Made by a program: the position numbers and the translations under genes. Shown here in pieces: positions 12,800 through 25,243 of a stretch of 64,000 nucleotides of DNA. The DNA comes from Phoronis australis. Taxonomy: Eukaryota > Animalia > Phoronida. The notes beneath the pieces were generated by a model. It saw only the letters and a program-made list of their open reading frames with translations, was not told the origin of the DNA and did not search any database. Position 1 is the first letter of the stretch. Each line of letters begins with the position of its first letter. The stretch is taken from contig NMRA01000534.1 of the NCBI GenBank assembly GCA_002633005.1, forward strand, positions 121,577-185,576, written 5' to 3'.

Positions 12800-14521
12800 G
12801 GAACAATTCACCACAATGAAATCTGGATTGTTTCTAACCTTTCGAATCTGTGTTCAACTGATAGCACGGAGACGAAAGATGAATTTGTCGACTGAAGAGG
12901 TATCTGTTGCTCCTTAACACCTTCAAGGTACTGGTGGTCACCTTTAACAAGACCATAGCGATTCAAAACTAAGGTTAGAACATCGAGAGGCAGGTAAACA
13001 CTGATTGTCATCCACTTCGCAAGTGAAGCATGAGAATCAAAATTTATTCAGTATTTGTGTGGAATAATAGTTTCGCATGAAATTGCATAATGAAACCTAC
13101 GGCCTTGTGTAATAAATAGACTCAACTTAATGTATGGCATATTTAAAAAATAACTCGTTGATGTGAAATCCCAGCTATTCTAAATATGCCAAAAGATAAT
13201 TTACAACATTTGATGAATTAGAAACTAAATTACCATTTGTAGTAACACCCTGCGAAGGTCAAGGCCACTACGAGAGCTCAAGTCTCTCAAAAACTCCGAA
13301 TCACTGACTCCACAGCGGCGAGGAAACAGGTTATTTGACTATTTGAGGTTAACTTTTTGTTAAACGAACTTTTATATCAGAAATTGTGAATATGCTGATT
13401 TCAAGATTTCCGCTCCAGCATCTGCTTGGGATGTCACTTTGTACAAAACTCAGTCAAATGCATAAAAATAAAAGGTCAAACCTAGGCAGGAACCAAAGCT
13501 TGCCTTTGCTAGTTCAAACACAGGTGCCAGGACAGGCAGGGCAACAAAAGATGGTCTCTCACCAGTCACGGTCTCTCTCTGGTCGGGACCACTGCCATGT
13601 CATGTGGAAGTAACCGGTTGCATACTGTTGTCAATAAAATTGTCCCAAATAAGAAGCTGACTTAATTCTCTAAATCGTTCTTTAAACACAATAATTCTAG
13701 GTTTTATATCATTTTAGCTTCACTACAGGTTCCTCTTTCATTAATGACATTTTCTAATGCATGTACTCTTATTTAATGATATTAGGACTTAGACCTATAC
13801 TATTAGGAGTGTTGCATGAAAGGATCACTATTTAGTTTCAGTAAAATTGGGTAACCGCAAAGTTGAATTTTATCTAAACTGGGTTTCGTGCAACATTAAA
13901 TTGTGTCTGCTGGAGAAGTTCATCGTTGAATAAGGTCAAATGTATAGTAGTTAATTCCGAAAGTGTCTTACCTTACATTACATTTTGGTTATCTGTGGTC
14001 CTGCTGAACGTCTGGTTTGTTATTATGTCTGAATGTTGAGTGGCACCAGCACGTGTATTGGACAACAGAATATTCATGTCGCACCCTAATTAGCCAGCAC
14101 TAGCTTACGAGCCTGAACAGCCAACAGTGGTAGTCTTCAAGACAAATGACTGTCGTCTTTCGATACTGACGGGGCATGCGTGGCAGAAGGACGGTGCAGC
14201 AGTGAGACAGGCTAAGTCCGTCTCACAACATTCTCCTTCATTTTCTTTAATTGGAGTTGGAATCTTCTAGTAATGGAAAATCGCTCAAATTTAAAGCAAG
14301 TCTCGCTATTCAAGGCCAGTAGGGCCATCCCAGATTGCACAGCGATAGAATTCTCCTTTGTCCAGAGATAAAAAAGTGCGTGACCTCGTTTTAGAATTTC
14401 CGTGTCTCATTGATGTTGGGAAGGTGAAGAATTTCAGATCATGCATCCACGGGTATTTGTCCAGTTTATCAAACTTTTTCACGCCTGAATTATTGCACAC
14501 AGCATAGCAGTAATACTTCAT
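12800..14521 (-). mobile_element. Decayed THAP + Harbinger(DDE_Tnp_4)-like transposon fossil
   Basis: 14306-14521 reads MKYYCYAVCNNSG...LKFFTFPT...GPT (THAP-like C-x-C, FP). Downstream fragments LPNF and LAYL..GISHQRV resemble the HTH region. Many stops and frameshifts; boundaries approximate. Confidence 0.45.
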
Positions 14522-15181
14522 TGGCTTTGGAAGGACGAATAGAGTAATGCAACCAAGAAAAATTTGCTAAGAATCGGACAACATCAAACAACATGTGAAA
14601 CTCCAGTGGCACGAAAACGAGGCAGCAAATGTGCCTGACGGATGTTTACGGCATTATGAGTAAATACAGTGAGATTCGAGTGCCGCTGTGGAATCCAGGA
14701 TGGCCTTATTATTGTACTGGCTGTCATTATGCTAGCAGCCACAAAGTAACAACAACTTTAGATATATCCGTGGCCATCTGTGCCCTGCCCCAATAGAGTG
14801 TCACGTAATTTTTACTGGGCACCATATCAGCGTATATCTCCATGTTATATGAACTGGTCATTAATTACCAGGTTGAATACTGTCTCCCTACAGTACTGCT
14901 GGCCAATAGTGTGATCTGTGTATGATGTAGTTATTAATTCAACATGGTAAATTCATATTGTTACTTCAACTGTTCCTCAGAAAGTGAGCATAATATCGTA
15001 AGAACATCAAGTCTTGGAAGTGTCATGAAAGAAAGAAACTCTCAGAAATATTTGAACAGGCATGCTTTTTGTCTACTAACATAAAAGTATTCCATTTTTT
15101 CTGGAGTAAATTAATATTAATTTATGTTTTTGTTTTAGATGGATCAATAAATCCCTGAGAGAACACTGGTCGTTTACACCA

Positions 15182-16642
15182 ATGGCTCTGTCAGCTTTAA
15201 AGATTGGAATTAATCCTAGGATCAGCGCCCAAATCATCCCCTATCTTTACCACACGTTTCATCCCCAGATCCCTCGTTTAACCCGCCAACAGGTCACTTC
15301 CTACTTGAGAGCACATGAGTTGAGTGGCAATCTCATGGACAGTGGTTACGCTGTAACCGAGTTTAGCAGCAATTTTCTGAGATCAAACAATCCCATTGAG
15401 GACAGACGGTCTGTAGCGAAATGCACATTTTCTTCAGGACTCCTTTTTGGTGTATTCGATGGACACTCTGGTCATGCCTGTGCCCAGGCTGTGGGTGAAA
15501 GACTGTTCTCGTATATTGCACTAACCCTGCTTCAGTATGACAGTCTCAAATTTGTTGTTGACAAAATGGATCATGGGCAACCTAGTAAAGTGTTAGAGTG
15601 GTATCGTCATAGACACGACTATGTCAATGAATATCACTCAGCCGTGTATCGAGAGAGTCTGAAGAAGTATGCTAAGGAGTTAATCAGGGAGTATGAGCTG
15701 CGTGGTCCTGAGTTAAATGTTGCAAAAGCACTGGAGAAGGCGAGCCTACGATTGGATGCTGATATTTCAAGAGAGTGTTTCAACGATGCTGGTCATAATC
15801 CCGTCAATATTGATATGCTGCCCGTGGCATTGTCTGGTGCTTGTGCATGTGTTGTGTATATTGACAAGAAAGATGTTTATGTGGCAAATGTGGGTGACTG
15901 TGGTGCAGTGTTGGGGTCTGTGAATGAACATGGTGTGTGGAGCGTACGTCGCCTCTCTACCGAGCACACCGCTGAGAACCAGTCAGAAGTAGAGCGCATC
16001 AGAGGAGCACACCCGGCTTCAGAATCTCAGACAGTGATTTGCAGTCATCGCTTGTTTGGTGAACTGATGCCCTTGAGAGCTTTCGGAGACTTCAGGTACA
16101 AGTGGGATCATGAACAGTTGGATAAGGTTCGTGTGGCACTGACCAATAGTAAAGTGTCGGATATCACACCATTTCATGCAATACCACCAAGAGATTATCA
16201 CACACCCCCCTACCTCACTGCTTCACCAGAGGTCACACATTGCAGACTGTCACCAGAAGACAAGTTCATTGTGATAGCATCCGATGGACTTTGGGAAATG
16301 CTGAACTCAGAAAAAGTAGCTCTTTTGGTAGCCAAACATCTCGAGGGTAAGAGAGCGGAGGAGAAATTCCAAGCAACTGAAGATTGCAGGACATTGGAAC
16401 AAATTAACGCTCAGTTAATTAAAAGAAAAGCAGGAATTGCGAATAGGTCTGTTGACACTAATGTGGCGACTCATCTTATCAGGTATGCGCTAGGTAATGA
16501 GCATCGAAAGTTGTCAGAGACATTGAGCCTACCTGATGATATAGTGCGAGAATATCGTGATGATATCACCGTGACTACAATTCAGTTGGATACACATCAG
16601 GTGATACTTGATGGTGCACCGTGTGTTCCGTATGAGTATTAG
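15182..16642 (+). CDS. PDP1: Pyruvate dehydrogenase [acetyl-transferring] phosphatase, mitochondrial (PP2C family, PDP1/PDP2-like), single coding exon
   Basis: 486-aa ORF with NNPIEDR, GVFDGHSG, ANVGDCGAVLG, RLFGELMPLRAFGD, PPYLTASPEV, ASDGLW, NVATHLIR and RDDIT motifs; strong acceptor ttttgttttAG at 15138; AATAAA at 16705. Confidence 0.96.
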   Translation: MALSALKIGINPRISAQIIPYLYHTFHPQIPRLTRQQVTSYLRAHELSGNLMDSGYAVTEFSSNFLRSNNPIEDRRSVAKCTFSSGLLFGVFDGHSGHACAQAVGERLFSYIALTLLQYDSLKFVVDKMDHGQPSKVLEWYRHRHDYVNEYHSAVYRESLKKYAKELIREYELRGPELNVAKALEKASLRLDADISRECFNDAGHNPVNIDMLPVALSGACACVVYIDKKDVYVANVGDCGAVLGSVNEHGVWSVRRLSTEHTAENQSEVERIRGAHPASESQTVICSHRLFGELMPLRAFGDFRYKWDHEQLDKVRVALTNSKVSDITPFHAIPPRDYHTPPYLTASPEVTHCRLSPEDKFIVIASDGLWEMLNSEKVALLVAKHLEGKRAEEKFQATEDCRTLEQINAQLIKRKAGIANRSVDTNVATHLIRYALGNEHRKLSETLSLPDDIVREYRDDITVTTIQLDTHQVILDGAPCVPYEY

Positions 16643-17071
16643 CTAGTGTCTTGAAAGTGTACAGTACGGCTCATAATTTACCCATGAAGTCTGTGCATTC
16701 AACTAATAAAAAAGTGGTTTGTTTATTTGTCCGCATTACTAGATTTTTGTTCGTTAGTATTAATGGTAAAATCTCACAGATCTCGGACAAAAATTGTAGC
16801 CTAAGTTATCCGTTTTCATTTCTCTGGTGGTTCTAGAGAATGCCCACAAATTTTCGAATTTGTTGTCTTGTGCTAGCTGTTGTGCTGAACTTGGAAACAG
16901 AAAAAGTGCTATAAATCTTCTATGGAGAAAAAATGTAACAAAATTTGTCTTGCATACCATGTTGTGTCCTAAGTTGGTAATGTTACCATAGCTTTTGTGC
17001 GTTTTTTTTAAATGTGTATCAGTTTGTGGTGAAACAGTGAAATATATGCATGAAAATTTGTTTTGATTTCA

Positions 17072-18265
17072 TTTTTTATGCGCCCACATATTTGTATGTG
17101 GGTGCATATTGCCGTCATCTGTGTCTGGGCATCCTGCTCCCGCTGCTGCATCTCCTAAACCCCTTACACTTGTTGAGATTTGGCAGATGTGTTCCTATGA
17201 AGCTGACGACGGACGATGATGAATTTTGGGCGGATCTGACAACTGGTGTGCTCCCTATTGGCAATTTTATTTTATTGTTTACCTCTGTATCTTCAAAGGT
17301 CCTCAACCAATAACATTTGGCACATAGGCATCAATTAGTGAGATGATCCCATCTTCCTGTTTTCGGACAGACTCGAGGTATTTTGCACCACCTAGTGGCC
17401 ATTTTTACCGTTTTTGAGTCTGTTTCCTGGCCTCCGCCAGTCTCTCAACCAAACCACTCTAAGGATTGTGAGAATTGGCATATATGTTCTAGTGTGAAGA
17501 GGATGAATGACGATTATTTTGCAACTTGGACTACAGTGGTGCTTCCTAGGGGCAGTTTTGTTTTTTTTTTTGCAAAATGCACCCATAGCTGTATGTGCGA
17601 AATCCACTGCAAGATTTTATTAAATTTAACAAGTGTATTTATATGAAGTTGACAACGGACGACAACTTTCAGGCGGATCCTGCGAACGCTGAGCCCCCTA
17701 GTGGCAATTTCTTTTTTCCCCGTTTTCCTGAAGTTACTGGACAGATTTTTATGAAATTTTGGCAATAGCTTTCGAAATGACGACGTTCCCGTTTTCGGAT
17801 GGTTTTGAGGCATTTTGCCTCAGCTAGTGGCCATTGTTACTGTTTTCGAATCTGTTTTCTTGAAGTGTGATGAGGACAGTTGATAATTTTCCGACAGCTT
17901 TGACTACTGCGGCACCTCTAAGTAACAGTTTTGTTTTTTGGTGCCCATAGCTGCATTGCCTTAACCCACTGCAGGATCTTTATCAAATTTAGTAAGTGTA
18001 TTTATTTGAAGTTGACAAACGATGACTTTCAGATGGATCGGACGAGCGCTGTGCACCCTAGTTTTCCTGCTACTCTGAAGTTCTTTGGCAGATTTTTATG
18101 AAATTTGGTAAAAAGCTTTCTTTTGAGAAACGACATGTTCTTCTTTCGGCTGGATTTTACATATTTTGCACAATCTAGTGGCCACTTTTATATCACAAAC
18201 ACCCCCAGGACATCATTAGCAGTGCATTCGTGGGTGCATTTCAACGCCCAAACATTACTCTCGTT
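17072..18265. mobile_element. Helentron-associated (HINE/DINE-like) non-autonomous element with internal degenerate tandem repeats
   Basis: Starts in a T-run with atgcgcccac...gtgggtgcat short inverted repeat, and gtgggtgcat recurs near the 3' end. Internal units share gatttttatgaaattt/ctagtggcc motifs. Confidence 0.55.
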
Positions 18266-18944
18266 TTTGTTATTTGTGCATTGTTTCTTCATGTCAGCCA
18301 CTTCCATGACGGCGTTTTCCCATTCTGTGACTTTACCTTACGAAGAGGGTTGTGAGCGTGTGGGGCATGCTAATTTTAGATCTCTTTAAATGTAAAGGGG
18401 TTTAAAAAAAATATTACGGTACTTTTACAGACGATTCTTCCAGTCTTGAGCTAGTGGAAATCTCACCGATTAAGTTTTTGCTTTACGTGAATGCATAATC
18501 CGACACCACCACTCACAAAGTACACCCTTCATTTACCTAAAGAAATTTTCCACACACTTATACCATTTTCTAGGAAATTTCCAAACATGGAAATTACTTT
18601 TGCCATTTACAAGGGTTTTCTCACAACATGGGAGGCTAATTCACGGGGGATATAAACCCACAAAAAATAAATTCTAAGTTTGTTTAGTAAGCAGTGTTCA
18701 GTTTTGAATCTAATTTAGACTTCCAACAATGAATTTTTATTTCATATGTTACAGGCTATCCTGGTTTTCCCAACAATATTTAAGCAGCATAAAATTGACG
18801 TGCAACACCTAACTGATGTGTGAAGTTGCCTTTTAGCCCAATGTTACGTCATCGTGAGAACATAGAAAAGGTGGACATAACAAATTGAATGGAAGTCTGA
18901 ATAGAAATCATACAAGAGTTCCCGTGGCAACATGGACAACAGTA
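18108..18944. repeat. Duplicated segment, copy A (probable alternative haplotype of 21728-22559)
   Basis: About 830 nt near-identical to 21728-22559; an N join lies between them at 21458. Confidence 0.85.
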
Positions 18945-21457
18945 CGGTAAAGTCGCGTGATTTTCGGACGGCCCGCTGTTTTCGACCAAGAATAAATATT
19001 TCCGAAATGAGTTTTTCATAGTCCACGAAATTCGTACAAGGTCCAAAAACTGTTTTTCAATGATCTTCGAACTTCGGACAATGTCATAAACGTCGGATTT
19101 TTGCCCCGCGACTTTCGGACAAGGAAAATTTTAGAAACGCTAATTTGGGATCGACGCAACTCCCGTGTCACTAAAGCGTTCAACGGATGATTACTACTCT
19201 ATAAGGCTTGAATCTGAGAATTGGTGTAACGGGCTTTGTAATTTTTACCTTGTCTTGACGATGTCATGACCCTTATTCGATTGCCTTGCGTTTGGCTTGT
19301 GTTTGGCCCTTTAGCTGTGAAAAGAGTCACCAAGTCCCGCATGACGAAAATTTCTGATGAAAATACAAATGGGAAATACACCGAAGGCTGCAGTTTTTCG
19401 TTGTAGCGTAACATGTGCTCTGGTTTAATTAGACCGTGTTGTTCGACTTCCAACTGTGACATTGAACTTGCACGCCTGACATCAACTTGCGTGTTTACGA
19501 AACGTTTTTATTTTTAAAACGTCCTGGCCTTTGCAAATGCCGTTGTTAGTGGCTAAAATCTCCCGGCGACGTGTCCGGATTTTATTCTTGACGTGATGAG
19601 AAATATGTTTCGGCCCCCATTCACAATAGGCCACAGCTAAGTCTGTCCGTAGGATATCGCGCGTTCAAAGTAGTGTACATAGTGAACAGCAGCAGCCGAG
19701 TGAGACGGAGCCAAAGTAAAGCTGGTTAAAAATCAAACACAGTGCAAGGCCCAGCACTCAGAAAGGGGCGCGGCGCATACGCAATTGTTACAGAGACATT
19801 GCATCCCTGTCCTATGTTATGTAAGCGCCGGTGTGCTATAACACATATCAAAAACTAATGTACATCCACGTAACCACGTTTCACTACCCTTACAAATTGT
19901 CTGTTGCTCTCTGATAAGCATCGCAGATGCAAGAATCCTCCACCAATCATTTCGAAAAATGACAAGTCAGTTGAATCAGATTTGGTAGTCGTTGCTTCTT
20001 GTGGTCCTAGGCGTAGGCTAACAAGAATACAGGACCAGGGCCCTGTTCCAAGAAACTGACTTAAGTTCATTTTTGACTTAAGTCTAAGATTTGTCTTAAC
20101 TGACAAACTTTAAAACTTCCAAATTTGGAAAGTTATTCAAGATTAAGACAAAATGTAGCTCATAGACTTAAGTCAAACTTAGGATCTCTTTCTTGAATTG
20201 GTTTTGATACAAATCTAACTTTTATTTTAAAATTTACTAAAATTTAAGATTTGTCTTAGCTAAGTCAGTTTTGTTGGAACGGGCTGCTGGAGTCCGATGC
20301 AACGGGCTTGGAACCTTATAGGTGTTTCCGACCCGGAGTTCCATGTCTACTTTCCCCAGGACCTTGCCTTCTTGTCCATGTTACCACCTTCAGTTGATAG
20401 TTTTGAGACAAAAAGAAACATGATCTTAAACTACAGACCATGTTTTTTTGTATTACTTAATATAGTTTTAGAGGCATTTCAGCTGTAAGTGTGTTTAATT
20501 GTGTTGACTGTTACACTGCTAATTATTATTGTTCTATTTTTACCGAGGTGATGCCTTACTTGCAGCAAGGGTAAATAATTTTGGGAAGTATTACCAGCAA
20601 TTTCCGTATATAAGTTGGGGAAACCAAACGTCTTATGTAAAAATACACCAGGGCCTATACTCAGCAATGCCGAATACACGAACACAGTATAAATACTGTA
20701 GCTCACCCTAATTATATCCTAGTGAGAATAGCATTATTTTCAGATTTCAAGCATGCATTTTTATTCTCAGATATGCATCCTAGGCCAGTATAATTTAGGA
20801 AAAAATTTAAGATACGCAAATTGGCCATATATTCTGCTGGACTAATATACGGAAATCTACGGTGGATCTTCTTAAACCTGTAAATCATGAAAATTTCATT
20901 GAGACAGTTTTGTTCTACTAACATGTTCAACTAACATTCCGTCCATGCAAGTCGGTCAGTACGTTCGCATTTAAGGCATTGCAACAGGTAAGTGTTGTTT
21001 TGATTTTTGTTTGGTGTTTCTATATTTTATTTTGTTATGTATTCCTGTCTTCAGATAGTCACTGTTATTCTTCAACAACATTTCTGTACTTATAATGAGA
21101 CTTCAGTTAACTCGCAACTGTTCATACTTTAAATGTTAGCAGAAGTGTGTAGTGTCCATCAGCAGAGACCTGTGGGAAGAACTATTTTCCGTAACTGTAG
21201 CAAATATATGACGCAATGAAATGAAAACGGTCGACATAGATGAATTGTAATTGGTTAAATGTATATTAAGAAAGAAAATTAAGTATATAAATAGTAGACC
21301 GGTTCTTGAATTGCCTGGTTTACGTCTTCATGAGTTCACCTGTCCCAAATTGAGTGCTTTCGTTTTTCTTTTCAGGTCGTCACTAGTCGATTCTTCTAAC
21401 AGTCGTGATCTGCCCAGTAACCTATTGTATCAACGTGCGCAACAACGGTCTTGGCAN
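18945..21457. mobile_element. TA-flanked DNA transposon (terminus CGGTAAAG), copy 2, longer and ending at an N
   Basis: First ~930 nt match 3384-4317. The duplicate segment shows the empty TA site (caacagTA|agtag). Extent beyond 19874 is inferred. Confidence 0.7.
20037..20289. mobile_element. Nested MITE (PIF/Harbinger-like, CWG flanks)
   Basis: cagggccctgttccaagaaactgacttaag ... ctaagtcagttttgttggaacgggctgctg inverted termini, with internal palindromic gacttaagtc units. Confidence 0.65.
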
Positions 21458-21589
21458 CAGGTGCTCGAATTTCTCGATGGCTAATAACCATATATAAGAA
21501 ACGTATGTTTTCTTAGTAATGAATGACGTTAGTGGTGATGGACGAACAGATAAACTGAAGCGCCTGTGCAGTCAACCACAAGAACAAAA

Positions 21590-21727
21590 AAAAATTACAG
21601 GTGGTTGCATTTCGAACTTAAAAAAAATTACGGGTGGTAGGCTGAAGAAATAAATGAAAAATATGGGTGGTGGGTGCGAAAAAAAGGTGCCTTCCCCCCC
21701 TCCCATACAGATTTTACTGAACAGCCC
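21590..21727. mobile_element. End of a Harbinger-like MITE (…aacagccc|TAA)
   Basis: Same terminus (gattttactg(g)aacagccc-taa) as 31898-31919; absent from the duplicate copy at 18108. Confidence 0.55.
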
Positions 21728-22559
21728 TAAATAGCTTTCTATTAAGAAACGATATGTTGTTCTTTTGGCTGGATTTGACATATTTTGCACCATCTAGTGG
21801 CCACTTTTATATCACAAACATCCCAGGACAACATTAGCAGCACATTCGTGGGTGCATTTCAACTCTCCACATTATTCTCGTTTTTTTTGTGTGCATTGTT
21901 TCTTCATGTCAGCCATTTCCATGACGGTGTTTTCCCATTCTGTGACTTTACCATACGAAGAGGGTTGTGAGCGTGTGGGGCATGCTAATTTTAGACCTCT
22001 TTAAAATGTAAAGGGGTTTAAAAAAAAATATTACGGTACTTTTGCAGACGATTCTTCCAGTCTTGAGCTAGTGGAAATCTCACGATTAAGTTTTTGCTTT
22101 ACGTGAATGCACAATCTGGCACCACCACTCACAAAGTACACCCTTCATTTACCTAAAGAAATTTTCCACACGCTTTTACCATTTTCTAGGAAATTTCCAA
22201 ACATGGAAATTACTTTTGCCATTTACAAGGGTTTTCTCACAACATGGGAGGCTAATCCACGGGGGATACAAACCCACACAAATAAATTCTAAGTTTGTTT
22301 AGTAAGCAGTGTTCAGTTTTGAATCTAATTTAGACTTCCAACAATGAATTTTTATTTCGTATGTTAAAGGCTATCCTGGTTTTCCCAACAATATTTAAGC
22401 AGCATAAAATTGATGTGCAACACCTAACTGATGTGTGAAGTTGCCTTTTAGCCCAATGTTACGTCATCGTGAGAACGTAGAAAAGGTGGACATAACAATT
22501 TGAATGGAAGTCTGAATAGAAATCATACAAGAGTTCCCGTGGTAACATGGACAACAGTA
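21728..22559. repeat. Duplicated segment, copy B
   Basis: Matches 18108-18944 with scattered SNPs and indels. Confidence 0.85.
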
Positions 22560-23308
22560 AGTAGATAAGCCCAACAGTGCGTTACATTTCACCATCTACA
22601 GCTCAACAAATAGCAGGAACCTAATTCACGTATGCTACAGCTGAGGTCGGCTTTTAAATTGTGCAGCAATGCTAGCTTTGAATTAGAATTTGTGAAACCA
22701 AATCTAAACAATCTCACCCAGTTAAATGTGGCTGTGTAACAACTGGAAACCTTGCTATGCGTGACTGAACATTATATAAACGCTCCCCATAAAAGTTGTA
22801 TGTAATTGTGTTGCAAACAAAACAATGTACAATCAAGAGCTTGTACTGTATTGTGAAATTACACATTGCAAACTGAAATACGACTAAGCACGTTTAACAA
22901 TGAAATCATTCAAAAATTCCTATTCAACAGACATTTTCACAAATTAATCCACTACATGTTGACAATGATCCATAAAAATCACTAAGGTGAATTATTGTAT
23001 AACTTCTTGAATGAGTTAACAAACACCATGTCAATGTAATTAAGAACTCTAAAAAACAACCATGATGCATGACTAATAATGACTTATATTTACACAGGTA
23101 AAAACCCTGATGAGACGGTGAGAATGACTTTTGCGCACCCCAACAAGCAATGACTTAGTACCTGTAATCCTTATGCCGTTCACTCCCATACAGGAAAATA
23201 TTGGCATCTACACTGTTATCGTACTGAGTTTGCTTTCAAACAAATGATAATACCGGTCATGATACTGGGTGATTATTCCCTGACCTCCCTCATGGTGAGC
23301 ACTGTCCA

Positions 23309-23328
23309 TGTGTGTGTGTGTGTGTGTG
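23309..23328. repeat. (TG)n microsatellite in the RBM39 3' UTR
   Basis: tgtgtgtgtgtgtgtgtgtg. Confidence 0.9.
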
Positions 23329-23404
23329 AGTGTTTACTGCGGCTCATCACACAGCCAGTTGCTTCATAGCAAACGTGTTCACTATTAAGTCCCTATTCAC
23401 CTTC

Positions 23405-23544
23405 CTACATCACGCCTGCCATGGCTGGCTGGGCTCCGTTAATGGCACGTGTGGTGGGCATCACCAGATGGACAGCTCTTTGTGCGTCTGGGAACAGGCT
23501 GTGGTAGTTAGGTAGAGGCACGTATGCAGCAGTGATCATCTTAC
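23405..23544 (-). CDS. RBM39: RBM39 last coding exon (end of UHM domain, stop TAG)
   Basis: (G)KMITAAYVPLPNYHSLFPDAQRAVHLVMPTTRAINGAQPAMAGVM*; cttcAG acceptor. Confidence 0.95.
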
Positions 23545-24196
23545 CTGAAGAAAAACGCACATCACCTTAAACACCGACTCGTTCCAAATACTCCTTCATA
23601 ACTGGTCATAAAGCAGCCCATAAAACAAACGTGATAGTAAATGGCTCAACTCAAAGTTAACAACACAGCCACACCAAAGTAAACATAACTGTATGACATC
23701 TGAAGTCTACAGGCAAAGCATTCTTAATGGGTAGACCACATGACCAAAATACGATCATTGCAAACAGCGACCTAAACAAGACAACAGCTTTGTTCAAATA
23801 CAGACAGGCAAGCATGCACAATTTGGCAAACAGTATCAAATCTATGAAGACTGGTATCAACTTAATCGACTTTGGTTTGTGTCGGCAACACAAAGGAATA
23901 ATGGACCTAAAAACAATTATGTGAAGTAATACAAATCGCGTAACAGCAGAACTAAAGATGTAAATAGACAAAAAGTTGTGCTGACAAGGATTACACTGAA
24001 AGACAAAAAGGAAAACACTAAGGTTTAACTCTCGTAATTCAGATGCAACCATTATCTGAGCACTGTGACACCGAGTTAAATGAATGTCCCTGTGAATCAG
24101 GTGAACTTAACACAGCAGGACTTTGTCTAGTTATGTGCATCTGACTTGTGCAAATTTTGCCTTGTCTGACACAAATTATCCATAAACACCACTCAC

Positions 24197-24381
24197 CAGC
24201 AAACCATCGCCCGTGGAGTGCTCCAACAGAGGCCACCGCTGAAGCTATACTAGGACACTTGACGTAGACATTACCCTGAGGTGACGCCTTGTCGACATAG
24301 ATGTGCTGCACCCCACCATGTTTGTTACACTCCTCGATCACATCGTCACGGATTTCATGCTCCCAGTTGGGATTGGTTTCT
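24197..24381 (-). CDS. RBM39: RBM39 exon (UHM/RRM3)
   Basis: ETNPNWEHEIRDDVIEECNKHGGVQHIYVDKASPQGNVYVKC...LHGRWFA(G), with the UHM RWF motif. Confidence 0.97.
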
Positions 24382-24608
24382 CTACAAACATACAACATAT
24401 ATGTAAATTTATGTTAACTACCAATAAAGAATCAATCCAAGCTATATCCTCATACCAAAATATGACGGCACACCCCCTCCCCCCTTGTACACCAAGTCAC
24501 AAAATGTAATAAACTAACATTTTCAGAAGCACATGTAATCCCATATACGTAACACCAATGCTCAAATTATATGCTTCATGCAGCTGCCCAGGTAACTTTA
24601 GTACTTAC

Positions 24609-24747
24609 GTGGCCGGATCAAACATGTTGGAGAGCATGAAGCACTGTGTGGCAATAGGTGGCGCTCCGACAGTCGGTGGGGGAGCTCCCACAGTGCTGGG
24701 CATGTTCAGCGCATTAGCCGCAACCTGTGGTATCTGGAAGCCTGTGC
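24609..24747 (-). CDS. RBM39: RBM39 exon (linker)
   Basis: (G)TGFQIPQVAANALNMPSTVGAPPPTVGAPPIATQCFMLSNMFDPA(T); AG/GTAAGT. Confidence 0.95.
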
Positions 24748-25038
24748 CTGTAAACAAGAGGGAACACTTCAACTACAAGCTTTTGGAAAAGTTTGAAAAC
24801 AAATGGCATTTAAAATAATTGATCAACTAAGCAATTCATGAACACTATACAACCAATGTGTCTGTAAAACAAGAAAAACAAGGTATAATTTCCTAATTAA
24901 CTGTAAAGGAACGAAACACACCCTCTCAACTGTATTCAGACTTAGAGCGATTTAAACCCAAAATAGAGGCAGATCTTTTCCGGATTTCATTTACACTTAA
25001 TTAAAAAATGGCTCTCATATTCAGTGCCGCGAGCTTAC

Positions 25039-25243
25039 CTTCGGCTAACTTGGCCATAAGAGCCAGTCGTCCGGTGGCGCCCAGGTCCACGCCAGCCCGG
25101 TCCAGCTCATCGCTGTCCAGCATGGCCTGGCCCTGTATGTCTGCCGTCCTCTCGGTCACGTGACCCACCTTCATGGGCCGACCTGCCAGTTCAAAGCCGT
25201 TCAACTGTTGCAAGGCCTTCTGAGCATCCTCACCATTGTGGAA
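25039..25243 (-). CDS. RBM39: RBM39 exon (C-terminal half of RRM2 and linker)
   Basis: FHNGEDAQKALQQLNGFELAGRPMKVGHVTER...LDSDELDRAGVDLGATGRLALMAKLAE(G). Confidence 0.97.

Noticed and set aside
13243-13347. Arg-rich candidate upstream coding exon for PDP (phase fits the 15139 acceptor)
   Set aside because: Weak donor (GTTAAC), lies antisense within the transposon fossil, and the ATG at 15182 already gives a plausible presequence.
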